A DNA stretch of 64,000 bases, taken from contig JALDZX010000070.1 of assembly GCA_022813865.1 (NCBI GenBank), forward strand, positions 1 to 64,000, written 5' to 3'. This DNA comes from Xylographa opegraphella (Eukaryota). Under the pieces are notes generated by a model that was not told the origin of the DNA, did not search any database, and saw nothing but the letters and a program-made list of their open reading frames with translations. The position numbers and the translations under genes were made by a program. This document shows, piece by piece, positions 45,604 through 58,500 of the stretch (position 1 is the first letter of the stretch; each line of letters opens with the position of its first letter).

Positions 45604-46985
45604 ATGAATTGGCTCAAACAACAGTAAATACTCGCTGTCCGGGCTGACTCGGCGAAGCAAACGTTGCTAACCGGCACGTGTCAGAGTCGCGAACGTCGCC
45701 GGAACGGCAGAGCCAATATACGGCCCCTCCGCCTTAAGATCTGTAGCACAGCAAGCTGAGACAACGCCTTACACTGAGCTGAAGAAGGAGGACTTAAGAT
45801 GGGTCGCCATGGAATCCACCTGCGTGGAGACCCAGGTGTTCTATTTGATGGCAGATACTGGCCATATCGGGCTGGCACAGGTCATTTATAGTAACGTAGC
45901 GTGAGAGCGCAACGGGCCGTGTGGTAAGTCGTGGAGAGGCTGATTGTATCTCTTACATATTCAGCGGCCTCCGGACTACCTGCCAATTCAATACCAAGAT
46001 CTTTTATCCTGACGGAAAGACCCCAAACCTCTGGTCCGCCGACACTCTCGAAAACCACGGCTTCGATGATGAACAGCTTTGCTTCTACGCCGATGGCTGT
46101 GCTGTTGATCTTAGCGAGGACGGAACGTCTTACTCCATCAAGTCTGCGACAAATGAAAGCTCCATAGTGAACTTGAAAGTAACACGAAAGACGCCAGGGT
46201 TTCAGGTTGGGAAGGATGGGAAGAGCTATTTCGGCACCGACCCCGATAGGCCATGGGGTTCCATGAGGCACGCTTTTTGGCCTAGGTGCGATGCTGAAGG
46301 TACTATCATCACGAAGGCGGGACCCATAGACTTCAAGGGCCGGGCAATGTTCATCCACGCTCTGCAAGGCATGAAGCCGCACCATGCAGGTCTGTCATCC
46401 TCTTCTATACTATGACTCATGAACTATCTAATATAATTCTGCCGTAGCCGCAAAGTGGAACTTTGCAAACTTCCAGTCCCCAACATACACCGCCGTCATG
46501 ATGGAGTATACCACACCCCCGTCCTATGGGTCATCTGTCGTCAACGTAGGTGGCCTGATGACAGATGGCGAGATCATTTGTGCAGGGTCTTCAAACTCTG
46601 CATCGCATCTGGAAATCACCGATGACCCTAACAACGAATGGCCCGAGCCCGCGGCAGTCAAATTTAAGTGGAGCGGCACAACCAAAGATGGCAAGCCCGT
46701 CAGCGCTGAAGTTGCGGGCAGCTTGGGCGTACGGCTGGACAAAGTAGACGTCATGGCCGAGGTTCCGGGCTTTGTAAAGGCCATCATTGGGGGTGTCGCC
46801 GGGACAAAGCCCTATATTTATCAGGTATTTCCATTTCACAGCTAGAGCGCCTACGTTCCAATTTGCTGACACGCGCATCGCAGTATTGCCCGCAGCAAAA
46901 GCTCAAGCTGCATCTCAACATTGGTGGTGAGGAAAAGGTCGAAGAGGGCATTCTTTTCTCCGAGGCGACTTTTATCTCCGAGTAG
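45604..46985 (+). CDS. SVF1: Survival factor 1 (Svf1); 5 exons
   Basis: [98 protein letters not shown] and FSEATFISE. Confidence 0.95.
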
Positions 46986-47381
46986 AAACTCGATGACAAT
47001 TCCTGTTCACCACCGACCGACCTAGTCTATATCCCTACCCGCGCACTTCGCGGAAGCCTTACCTTCTTTGGGATCCGCTCTGAAGTCTACCAAAGAACAT
47101 ACCCTAACTGACTTATAATTATAAATAATCATACCATCAGAGACTATCAACATCTCACGAGAAACGTGCCGAAGAGCTTGCTGTAAAGCCCAGTCTGGAA
47201 TCACTAAAAGCAGATCCAGTCACCTCGACAACCACAAACATACCAATAAGTGCCAGCATATCACACAGTACAGCTACAAAACCAAAGCATAGTCTATTTC
47301 GCATTCTGATATGTAGCATTAACTCCGCAAAACACAAAACATCCGATCGCACCTCCTCAGACATTCTCCAGCAATTTGCGC

Positions 47382-47495
47382 TCCACCTTACATACCGGAT
47401 CCCAATGTAGTTTTATCCTCGCCCACGCAGTCTATCCATCCACCTTACAAACCAGATCCCAATTTAGTTTTATCCTCGTCCACGCAGTCTACCCA
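47382..47495. repeat. 57-bp tandem duplication (2 copies)
   Basis: tccaccttaca(t/a)acc(g/a)gatcccaat(g/t)tagttttatcctcg(c/t)ccacgcagtcta starts at both 47382 and 47439. Confidence 0.9.
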
Positions 47496-47570
47496 GCCCG
47501 TACCTCTCTCTCGTGCTGCCTTTCCCCAGTGTCCCGCTCCTTCACACGCCTCTTTCATCCCTACCCGTTC

Positions 47571-48446
47571 CTACCAACTCCCCCACAAATCCGCTGCTTC
47601 CAAGCCCCATATCTCCGCTCCTCGCCTATCAATACCAACCTGCCTCCCCACCCGGGGCATAGCCGCTCCCGCTGGCATATTGTTCGCGCCTGGAGTGGCG
47701 GCGTTCGGAAGGCCCAGCGGCTTGCCCATCGGACCGATCGGGGCGATCGGGGCGTGCGCGGCTGGGAGACGCGCAGCGCCGTTTGGCTTGCGGAGCGCGT
47801 CCTCTGGTTTGCGCAAGGCGTCTTTGGGGTTCCGTAGCGGCTCCTCTGGTTTGCGTGACAGCTTGCCAGCTTCCAGCCTCTTGGCCTCTTCTTGGCGGAA
47901 TCGACTTTGGTCCTTCTCGAAGGTCAGTCGCTCATGGCGGTACTTCTGGTCGCCGGCCCTGACCCTGGCTGTCTGCTGGCGGAACTTCCGATCCTCGTCC
48001 CCGAAGATGGCTGCCTCTTGCCGGAATTTCTGGCGCTCGGTGGGCTCCCGCGGAGGCTTTGCTAATCCTGCTTTCTTCTCTCGCTCTCCCGCCGCGAGCG
48101 CTTTTTCTTGTCCAGGTCGTGCTTCGGCGCCGGCGGGTTTGACGGGCGGTACGGGGACTTGTTCCGCTGCGGGCTTGACGGCTTCGACAGGCTTGGGGCC
48201 ACCCACGGGTGCTATAGCATCACGGGCCACAAGTTCGTCGCTTCTAATTTTGTGCATGCTTTCCGGGATAGTGACTTCCGCTTCGGCCCAGCGTTGGTGA
48301 AGATCATGGTCAAAGATATCGGAGTCCGGCTCGGGATCCCTTCCGTACAATTGTGCATCATCGATATCTCGAGCGTATATCGAGCGTGCGTAGCCTAGGC
48401 TGGGCACGAGTAGAATAGCGACCGTGACGGAGCGAGGCAGATGCAT
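47571..48446 (-). CDS. Orphan secreted protein with acidic pro-peptide-like repeats and 14-aa and 7-aa periodic segments
   Basis: MHLPRSVTVAILLVPSLGYA signal; IYARD, LYGRD, LHQRW and LVARD units; QKFRQE/RKFRQQ/QKYRHE/SRFRQE repeats; RKPEEPL/RNPKDAL/RKPEDAL repeats. Confidence 0.75.
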   Translation of the reverse strand: MHLPRSVTVAILLVPSLGYARSIYARDIDDAQLYGRDPEPDSDIFDHDLHQRWAEAEVTIPESMHKIRSDELVARDAIAPVGGPKPVEAVKPAAEQVPVPPVKPAGAEARPGQEKALAAGEREKKAGLAKPPREPTERQKFRQEAAIFGDEDRKFRQQTARVRAGDQKYRHERLTFEKDQSRFRQEEAKRLEAGKLSRKPEEPLRNPKDALRKPEDALRKPNGAARLPAAHAPIAPIGPMGKPLGLPNAATPGANNMPAGAAMPRVGRQVGIDRRGAEIWGLEAADLWGSW

Positions 48447-49595
48447 TGCGAGAGAAGGGGAGTTATGAATCAAAGGTAATATGGAAGAGCAGGAAGATGG
48501 TAGTGGAGATAATGACACGAAATAGTAGACCTGCTACTGGAATCTGGGAGGGTGAAGTATAGGGAAGGTCGTGTAGTGGTGGAGGATCTGTTTGGATTGT
48601 GCACTTGGAGAAGTGGTAGACAGCTATATACAAAATGAGCTCTATTTGAAGCGATCAATCATTTCACCTGCAACTGATGAGTAAGAGGCATCGCTGGAAA
48701 AGCACGCCCCCGAAAGCGGCTTGGGTCTGTAATTGTCGCCCTAATGTGGAGAAGACCCAAAGAAATCGAATTTATGGAGATCACCAAGCCTGTTGTTGTT
48801 GAGATAAACGTGATTACTTGGTAGCTACAGGTTGGTGGTAAGATCAATGGTATTGTGTTTCGTCCCATTGGTGGGTTGTCTGAAACATTGTTTGGCGAAC
48901 ATGTTGAGCATTTGCATGCGTGTATGCTGAATAAACCAACGGAATGGGGTAAGCAAGCACTAGCGCCGCACGAACTACATCATCAGAAGCCAGAAGCCAG
49001 AATAAGCAAGAGTGAAGTAGAGCATTGACCCGGCTCTCAATTCAACTTATGTATGTTGGTCTAGAAGGTAGCAGTGTCACCGGTAATGTGTTGGCCTTGA
49101 AATGGGGAGCATGTCCCGATTCACCAAGTTATACCCGAGGCGGACTTCTCTCAACGTCATAGTATATGATCGTACTCCGAATGTCTAGGAGGCATCAATG
49201 ATCTCTTGTAGCGGGAGTCTGCACATAAAGTACCTCTACAAAGAAGTCACCTCAGCTCCGTTCCGGGAAGAATTCTTTTGTATGAAGAGCGATGAAGTTC
49301 ATTCACACACTTAAAGTTGGGCCTGCATTCGGTTAGCTGCGGCTACTTTACCCGTCCCGGGATCAGGCTCCGAGATAACCTCGCGTAACTCCACGCTATC
49401 CATTATTCTCGCGTTCAGAGCGCCAGGGATACTTTTTGAGGCACAACATCGACTACGCCGAGAACGTCTTCCGTCGTCCCTTTCAAACGGCAGCCACTAC
49501 CCAGCGATCCCATCATAGTCGACATGCTGTCCGTACAGGCTCGCTTATCGAGACAAAAAATGAAGTGTCTGCGATAATCTCCTCGTCCTCTGATC

Positions 49596-52500
49596 ATGGA
49601 CGTGGTTTCGCCAGGGGCAAATGGGCGGCCCCCTTCTGCGCATCTTTCTGCCAGTATAGATCCCAATCTGGTGGTCCAGCACCTTGTCGATGTACTCGAA
49701 GTCACCCTGGGCGCTTCTTCCAGCGACCTGGATAGCCCCGGAAGTTTGTTATCCAAGGCAAGAAAAAGTGAAACAATACAAAGATGCACCAGATTCGCAA
49801 CGGAGTCGCAAGTGGTGCTGTACATCCAGAAAGATGTTGCTCCATCGGAAACTACGAATGGGTCCAATGGTCTCTCAGGTGAAGAAGTCTTATATCGTGG
49901 TATGGCAGCTGCTAAGCGTATCACAGGCCCTCCGATCCATTACACCTATATGCTCTCTTCGGAAATCTCGTCTTCGCCTTCAACGGTGGCATTCGTCGCC
50001 ATCATGAAGAGCCCACAGCCCATAGATCCCCGGATACCAATCACATCCCAGGTACAGGTCATAAAACTACCAGGCCTAGCCTTTCTTAACAATACCGATG
50101 CACCTCATGGAACGAATGTGTCTCCCTACGAGGTTCTACACTCAATGGTTCACTTGGCGCTCGCCCCGTATCTGGATGCGTATACGAAAGGTCAGGAACT
50201 GCTTGGCGGCAATAAAGGTCGATTTGACGGCGATAGCAAGACGGGTGTGCCAGGCACAAAGAAGAAGATGGCGGAGCTTGAGCTGAGTCTGCTTCATTTA
50301 CAGCAGAATATTGAAATACCGGAGCTGTACCTCCCTTTGCCAGATATTATCCAAGAAGCAGTAGATACCGCCACCGCCAGGGATTCGAAGGCGACAGTTG
50401 ATTTCATTCCCGCAGCATTACTATCAGATAGCCGGTTTCATAATGACTTACAAAACACGGTCAATAGCTGGATCAAGTCTATTCAAGCGATCACGAAGAT
50501 GTCACGGGATCCTGACAGCGGATCAGCAGCTCAGGAGATCAACTTCTGGCTTTCGATGGAATCTGCTTTAGAGAAAATTGAGGGCCAGCTTCGGACCGAT
50601 GGAATCCAGCTTACTATGGACATTTTACGCCAGGCCAAACGGTATCAAGCTACTGTCAGTTTCAGTGCGGATACTGGGCTCAAGGATACATCAGAGAAAG
50701 TCCAAAAATACAATCAGCTCATGCGAGATTTCCCCCTTGACGAATTACTTTCCGCTACTTCGCTGCAAAAGGTCCAGGATTCTTTGGACTCAATATTCAA
50801 TCATCTCAACAAGAAGCTCAGAATATGCCCCTATCCAATTGCGCGTGCTTTACCCCTGGTATCCGCAATATCGGGGGACCTTGAGGCCCAACTGCATGCT
50901 TTGTTACACGGGCGTACGTTAATGCATCTCGATTTCAAGGATTTTGAGGCAGTCATTGAGAGAACTGAAAATATCTGGCGAACTTGGGATGAGAACGTCA
51001 AGGATTTCACCAACGTTGCCCGAGAAATGACACGGAGAAGAGCCGAAAAGTTTATTCCCATCAAGATTGTCTCGCGGCACACTCGAACACAAGAAAGACT
51101 GAACTACGTGAATACATTTCGCACCAACCATGAACAGCTCCAAAGAACGATCGTTAGCGTCCTTGGGCCCAAGTCTGGGAGCAGCCCACTGGCTGAGGAG
51201 GATAAGGTTGACGGAGCCATTTTTGTCGAGGAGATGGGTGATGTTGATGCTGTAGAAGAGGTAGCTCAAGCTTACACTGCTCTAAAGGATGTTGATGTGC
51301 TCGATGTCTCCCAAGAAGGAACGCAAATCTGGGTTCAAGCAGAGATTACCTATAATGAACGGACCTCTCGGGTGGAAAATTCTATTATTGCAAGACTCCG
51401 CGATCGTCTAGCCACCGCCAAAAATGCCAATGAGATGTTCAGGGTGTTCTCGAAATTCAATGCTCTTTTCGTCCGTCCCAAAATTCGAGGTGCTATAGGG
51501 GAGTACCAGACACAATTGATTGACCGGGTCAAGCACGATATTGCAGCTCTTCACGAACGCTTCAAGCAGCAGTATGGCAACTCGGAAGCTCATATGATGG
51601 CCCAACTTCATGATCTGCCCGCTGTATCTGGCGCTATCATATGGGCACGGCAGATTGAAAGGCAGCTCGATAGTTACTTGAAGAAGGTCGAGGATGTCCT
51701 TGGAAGTGACTGGACGCTGCATTCCGAGGGCCAAAAGCTGCAAATTGAAGGCGTGAACTTCCGAAAGAAACTTGATACAAGGCCCATTTTCGAATCTTGG
51801 TTACACGATGTTAACAAACGTAAAATATCGATCACAGGACGTCTCTTTGGAGTAACACGTAACCGAGTACTTGGTAATACGCTGGAATTGACTGTCACCT
51901 TCGACCATCATGTAATTGCTCTTTTCAAAGAGGTCAGGAACCTTCTATGGCTTAATTATCAAGTGCCTCATGCTATCAACAATGTCTCAAAAGAAGCAAA
52001 ACGTGTTTATCCTTTTGCAGTCAGCCTCATGGAGAGTAGCAGAAGTCTTGCGCAGACAAGCCGTACGATCGATAGCATGTCAGGTGTTTCGACATTGCTG
52101 AGTGGATATCAGAAAGATGTCCAAGATCTCATAAGCAAGGGTATTCCCTTGAAATGGGAATCCTTTGTTCACTCGTACGACGTGCAGCTGAAACAGGCAG
52201 CTGGAGTATCGAACAGCTCCGTTGATCGATCTTCCCCGTACTCCCGGAACGAGAGCAAGCATGTTCAGTTCATTCGAGATTTTGCCTCAGCGATAGCCGT
52301 TCTACAAGAAAAGACTTCTGCCCTAACAATTATCAATGAAAACGTCCAGAGGGCTGTCTTGGATCTGCGCATTTGTCCATACGACACGCAGATATTGCAA
52401 TCAAAGTTGGGCGTAATTCAGACGTCCGTAGATCAGCTCAACCTGGAAAACTACGCCAATCTTCACCACTGGGTTAGTTTGCTAAACAGAACGATCGAAG

Positions 52501-55500
52501 CGATCCTCGTGGAGCGGCTTCGCGATGCCATAAAAATATGGGTGGAGACTTTTACAACATTTACATTGGATGGAACAAATGACGACAGCGTGCGCAAGGT
52601 ACAAGAAGATGAGGACAGGGAAGTAAGACACCCGGACTTTAATGCATGTATCCACGAGATCTCCATGCAAAATCAAGTCATTTTCCTAGATCCCCCGCCG
52701 GAATTCTCACGCGCGAATTGGATGACCAACTTTCAAGCATGGATTGGAGTCGCCTGCAACTTGCCGATGATCATAGCATCTAGATACGAGATGAAGTTGA
52801 CCGTCGACGTTGCACTAAAGAACCCGACTTTTGCGTACTTACCGACCCGTTGTGTCGAGGACCTCTCTGCTGTGTACAATGTTATCGAATCGCAAGTCGA
52901 AGATATATCTATCTATGTAGATAAGTGGCTTCAATTTCAGTCGCTTTGGGACCTTCAATCGGACCACGTTTATGAGATGCTGGGCGAGGATCTGGCTAAG
53001 TGGCTGCAGCTTTTACACGAAATTCGGAAAACCCGTGCAACTTTCGATACTTCGGCATCCAGTCGATCATTTGGAAACGTCACTATTGAGTATGAGCAGG
53101 TGCAGTCAAAGGTGAATGCTAAATATGATCAATGGCAGCATGAAGTACTCCAGAAATTTGCCGGCAGGCTCAACAACCGTATGAGAGAAGTCTGTGCCGA
53201 AATTGAACAATCGCGCCGAGATCTCGAAAACCAATCACTCGATGCTTCATCAACGGCCCAGGCTGTCTCCTTGATAACCGTGGTTCAACAATGCCGGAAA
53301 AAGGTTCAGTCGTGGGAGCCGGAAGTCGACCTCTTTCACCGAGGACAAACAACTCTCACACGACAGCGATATCAGTTTCCAGTTGAATGGCTTTATGTGG
53401 ATCAGATCGATCACGCATGGGTGATTCTCAACGATATACTGGCTCGAAAGGTCAAGATTGTGGAAGATCAAACAGATGCCCTCCGTGCCAAAATCGTTGC
53501 TGAAGATAAGATTGTCAACGAAAAAGTAAGTGAAGCGATCTCTCAATGGAGCGAAGCCAAGCCTGTATCGGGAACCATAGCTCCAGAGGTTGCTTCTTCG
53601 ACTCTCAAGTCTTTCCAGAAACGCCTCACGAGCCTCCGCAGTGAATCTGACATGGTCTCGAAAGCCAAAGAAGCGCTTGATCTTCCGGGCCATCCAGACA
53701 GCCGTTTAGCCTCGGTCTTGGAAGAGATCCAGGATTTTATGTCCGTCTGGGCTGCACTCTCAACCATATGGCAAAGTCTGAACGAACTGCGTGATACATT
53801 ATGGAGCAGTGTGCAACCCCGGCGAATACGGCAATCTCTCGAAGGACTTATCAAAATGACCAAGGAGATGCCTAGTCGTATGCGACAGTATGCGGCTTTT
53901 GAGCATATTCAATCCGTTTTACGTCAACTATTGAAGGCGAACCCACTTTTGTCAGATATGAAGTCCGAAGCGGTGCGCGAACGGCACTGGAGCAAGTTAT
54001 TCAAAGCCCTTAAGCCCACTAAGAGGTATTCCCCGCTTTCAATGACTCTTGGTGATGTTTGGGATCTACAGCTAGGACCAAGTGAAGCCATCATCCGGGA
54101 TGTCATAATCCAGGCACAAGGGGAGATGGCATTGGAAGAGTTTCTGAAACAAGTCAAAGACACATGGCAGAACTATTCGCTGGACTTAGTCAATTATCAG
54201 AACAAATGCCGTTTGATCCGTGGCTGGGACGACCTTTTCGCGAAGTGCAGTGAAAATCTCAACTCATTACAAGCCATGAGGCACTCACCATATTACAAAG
54301 AATTCGAGGAGGATGCCTCATCATGGGAAGATAAACTTAACCGGGTGCATGTTTTGTTTGATGTCTGGATCGACGTCCAACGCCAGTGGGTTTATCTTGA
54401 AGGTGTCTTCACTGGAAATGCGGACATAAAGCATTTACTACCCATGGAATCGTCACGCTTCCAAAACATCAATGCCGAATTTTTCGCCATTTTGAAAAAG
54501 GTTAACAAGTCGCCTTTCGTGCTTGATGTGCTGAACATTGTAGGAGTCCAGAAAACCCTTGAGCGGCTCGCCGAACTCTTGAACAAGATCCAAAAAGCCC
54601 TTGGAGAATACTTGGAACGAGAAAGAATGTCATTTCCTCGGTTCTATTTCGTAGGCGACGAGGATCTCCTTGAAATGATTGGCAATAGCAATGACACAAT
54701 GCGAATAGCGAAGCATTTCCGGAAAATGTTCGCCGGACTGTCTGGCATCCTAATGGCCCAAGAGTCCACGATCACCGGGGTAACCTCAAAAGAAGGCGAA
54801 GTTATGAACTTGAGGAAACCGATATCGCTTGCGAAAATTCCAAAAATCAATGACTGGCTTGCTGCACTTGAGAACAGTATGAAAACAACCTTAGCTGATC
54901 TGCTCACCGAAGCCGTGGAGCAATACCGCCTCCTTTTTGCATCTCAAGATGTTGAGGCCGAGGCTCTTCATCAGTACATTGACAGGTATCCTGCCCAAAT
55001 AGTTGTTCTGGCTTCCCAAGCGGTTTGGACTGCTTCGATCGATGACGCTCTTGCCACAAACAACGGCGATCTTCAGACACTGTACGACGTGGAGGTCAGA
55101 TTATTGGAAATTCTTGCTTCAACGGTACTAGGGGATCTCGAGCTCCTGACGCGGAAGAAATGTGAGCATCTCATAACGGAGTGTGTGCATCAAAGAGATG
55201 TGATTGGAAGACTTCTCCAAGCCGGCGCAAGCTCTCCAAATCACTATTTATGGCTAATTCAGATGCGTTATCTCTACAATCCTGATAGTGACTTGGAGAA
55301 TCGGCTGCGCATCAGAATGGCAAACGCCGACCTAGCATATGGATTTGAATATCTTGGTGTACCCGACCGTCTTGTACGAACCCCCCTAACAGATCGGTGT
55401 TTCCTAACACTTACGCAAGCCATGGCACAACGTCTGGGAGGCTCTCCATATGGACCAGCGGGAACAGGCAAGACCGAATCTGTCAAAGCTCTCGGAGTCC

Positions 55501-58500
55501 AGTTGGGAAGATTCACCCTTGTGTTCTGTTGCGACGACACATTCGATTTCCAAGCTATGGGTCGTATTTTCCTTGGGATCTGCCAGGTCGGTGCATGGGG
55601 CTGTTTCGACGAGTTCAACCGTCTTGAGGAGCGTATCTTATCGGCCGTCTCGCAACAAGTCCAAAACATACAACTCGGCCTCAAGAATAGCGCGGATAAC
55701 AAAAATTCTCAGACGGAACTCGCCGGCCGGCAATTCACTGTCAATCCTAGTACTGGTATATTTATAACAATGAATCCTGGGTATGCTGGACGATCGAACT
55801 TGCCTGACAATTTAAAGAAATTGTTCCGCAGTGTTGCGATGTCCAAGCCTGATAAGGAGCTCATTGCAGAAGTCATGTTATACTCGCAAGGATTCAAACA
55901 AGCTAAACAGCTTTCCAAGCAGACTGTCCCTTTCTTTGACGAATGTGCGGAACGTCTGAGCAAACAAGCCCATTACGATTTCGGCTTGCGGGCGCTTAAA
56001 AGTGTCCTGGTTAGCTCTGGAGCTTTAAAGAGAGCGAAATTGACATCTGGTAGTGCGATAGCAGAATCCGAAGGGAAGCTAGAGCCTGAGATTATAGTGC
56101 AGAGTATCCGAGAGACCATTGCTCCTAAGTTAATCAGAGAAGACGTGAAAACGATGGTGTCTATCGAAGCTACTTCGTTTCCCGGTATTCAATACGTCGC
56201 AGCAAATTTGGAAAAGCTTCGAGCTGCTATACATGCTCAAGCACATGAAAGGCATTTTGTTATGACTGACACATGGATGACAAAAATTCTTCAGCTATTT
56301 CAAATTCAGACGATACACCACGGTGTGATGATGGTGGGAAGCTCAGGCGCAGGGAAATCTGCCATCTGGAAAGTGCTCTTACAAGCCCTGCAACAGGTTG
56401 AGGGTGTTGAGGGTGTCTGTCACATAATCGATTCAAAAGTCATGTCCAAAGAAGCGCTTTATGGGAGTCTGGATAGCACAACTCGCGAGTGGACTGATGG
56501 CCTTTTCACCAGTATCCTCCGAAGAATCGTCGATAACCTACGTGGCGAAGATTCCAAAAGACACTGGATCGTATTCGACGGCGATGTGGATCCTGAATGG
56601 GTCGAAAACCTGAACAGTGTCCTGGATGACAATAAATTGCTCACATTGCCTAACGGCGAAAGACTAAGTCTTCCTGCTAATGTTCGAATCATGTTCGAAG
56701 TTGAAAGCCTTAAGTATGCCACACTTGCGACTGTCAGTCGCTGTGGGATGGTGTGGTTCAATGAAGATACGGTCACATCAAATATGCTGGTCGAGAATTA
56801 TCTCCAGAAACTACGTAGCGCACCTTTCGACGATCTCGACGAAGATACGGCAGCAGCTGGCCAAACAGCATCAGAAGCATTAGCAGTTCAGAACCAAGCG
56901 GCCAAGATACTAGAACATCAATTGAATTCTGGGGCTTTGCTCGAAAAAGCCTTGAACGGGATGCCGAAGTACGACCACATAATGCAATATACCCACATGC
57001 GCGCCCTAAATACACTTTTCTCTCTGCTCAACAAAGCCTGCAGGACTATGATTGAGTTTAATATGCAGCACGAAGATTTCCCCCTCGACGCGGCACAGAT
57101 TGAATCTTTCATTTCAAAGAAGATGTTGCTCGCAATGATATGGGCATTTACCGGCGATTGTCCACTGGCTCAGCGAAAATCTTTTGGTGAGTATATCTCA
57201 GGTCTTGTCACTTTCGATACACCGCTGCCTAGTGATGCGTCCTCTTTGATTGACTACGATGTCGTATTGCCAAAAGCAGAGTGGACTCCGTGGCAATCTC
57301 ATGTTCCGGCCATCGAGGTCAACACTCATTCAATCACACAGACAGATGTCGTTATACCAACGCTGGATACGGTTCGTCACGAGGACGTTTTATATTCGTG
57401 GCTAGCAGAGCACAAACCTTTGATGCTATGTGGGCCGCCTGGGTCCGGAAAAACAATGACTCTATTCAGTGCGCTACGCAAACTGCCAAACATGGAGGTT
57501 GTTGGACTTAATTTCTCCAGTGCTACCACTCCAGATCTTCTCATCAAAACTTTCGATCAATACTGCGAATACCGAAAGACACTGAATGGTGTTGTAATGG
57601 CACCCACGCAGATCGGTCGATGGCTGGTTCTCTTCTGTGATGAGATCAATCTGCCATTTCCGGATAAGTACGGAACGCAGAGGGCGATATCATTTCTGCG
57701 ACAACTTGTAGAGCAGAATGGTTTCTGGAGAACCTCAGACAAGACATGGGTCACTCTTGAGCGCATTCAATTTGTGGGCGCTTGTAACCCACCCACAGAC
57801 GCAGGTCGCACACCCATGGGAGCTAGATTTCTGCGGCATGCGCCGCTTATGATGGTTGACTACCCAGGCGAAGTTTCATTACAACAGATATACGGCACAT
57901 TTAATAGTGCAGTCCTCAAGGTTGTACCTAACCTTCGTGGATATGCACAAGCACTTACCAAGGCTATGGTGCAATTCTACCTTGAATCGCAGGTTCGCTT
58001 TACACCCAAGATCCAGCCTCACTATGTCTATTCACCTCGCGAATTGACTCGATGGGTACGCGGTATTTACGAAGCAATAATGCCCTTAGAAAACTTATCT
58101 GTGGAGGGTCTCGTCAGAATCTGGGCTCATGAAGCCCTCCGATTATTTCAGGACAGACTGGTCGCAGAAGATGAACGTATCTGGACCGAGGAGTCTTGTC
58201 GTCGTATTGCGCTTGACCACTTTCCCACGATCGATGAAAATGCAGCCCTGAAACGGCCCATACTGTTCTCGAACTGGCTATCTAAAAACTATATTCCAGT
58301 GGATCGTGAGCAACTTCGGGACTTTGTGAAGGCAAGACTCAGGACATTCTGTGAGGAAGAAGTGGATGTGCCTCTGGTTCTGTTCAATGATGTTTTAGAG
58401 CATGTCCTCCGCATTGATAGGGTGTTCCGGCAACCACAAGGTCATCTTATATTAATCGGTGTAAGCGGAAGTGGCAAAACAACGCTTTCTCGCTTCGTTG

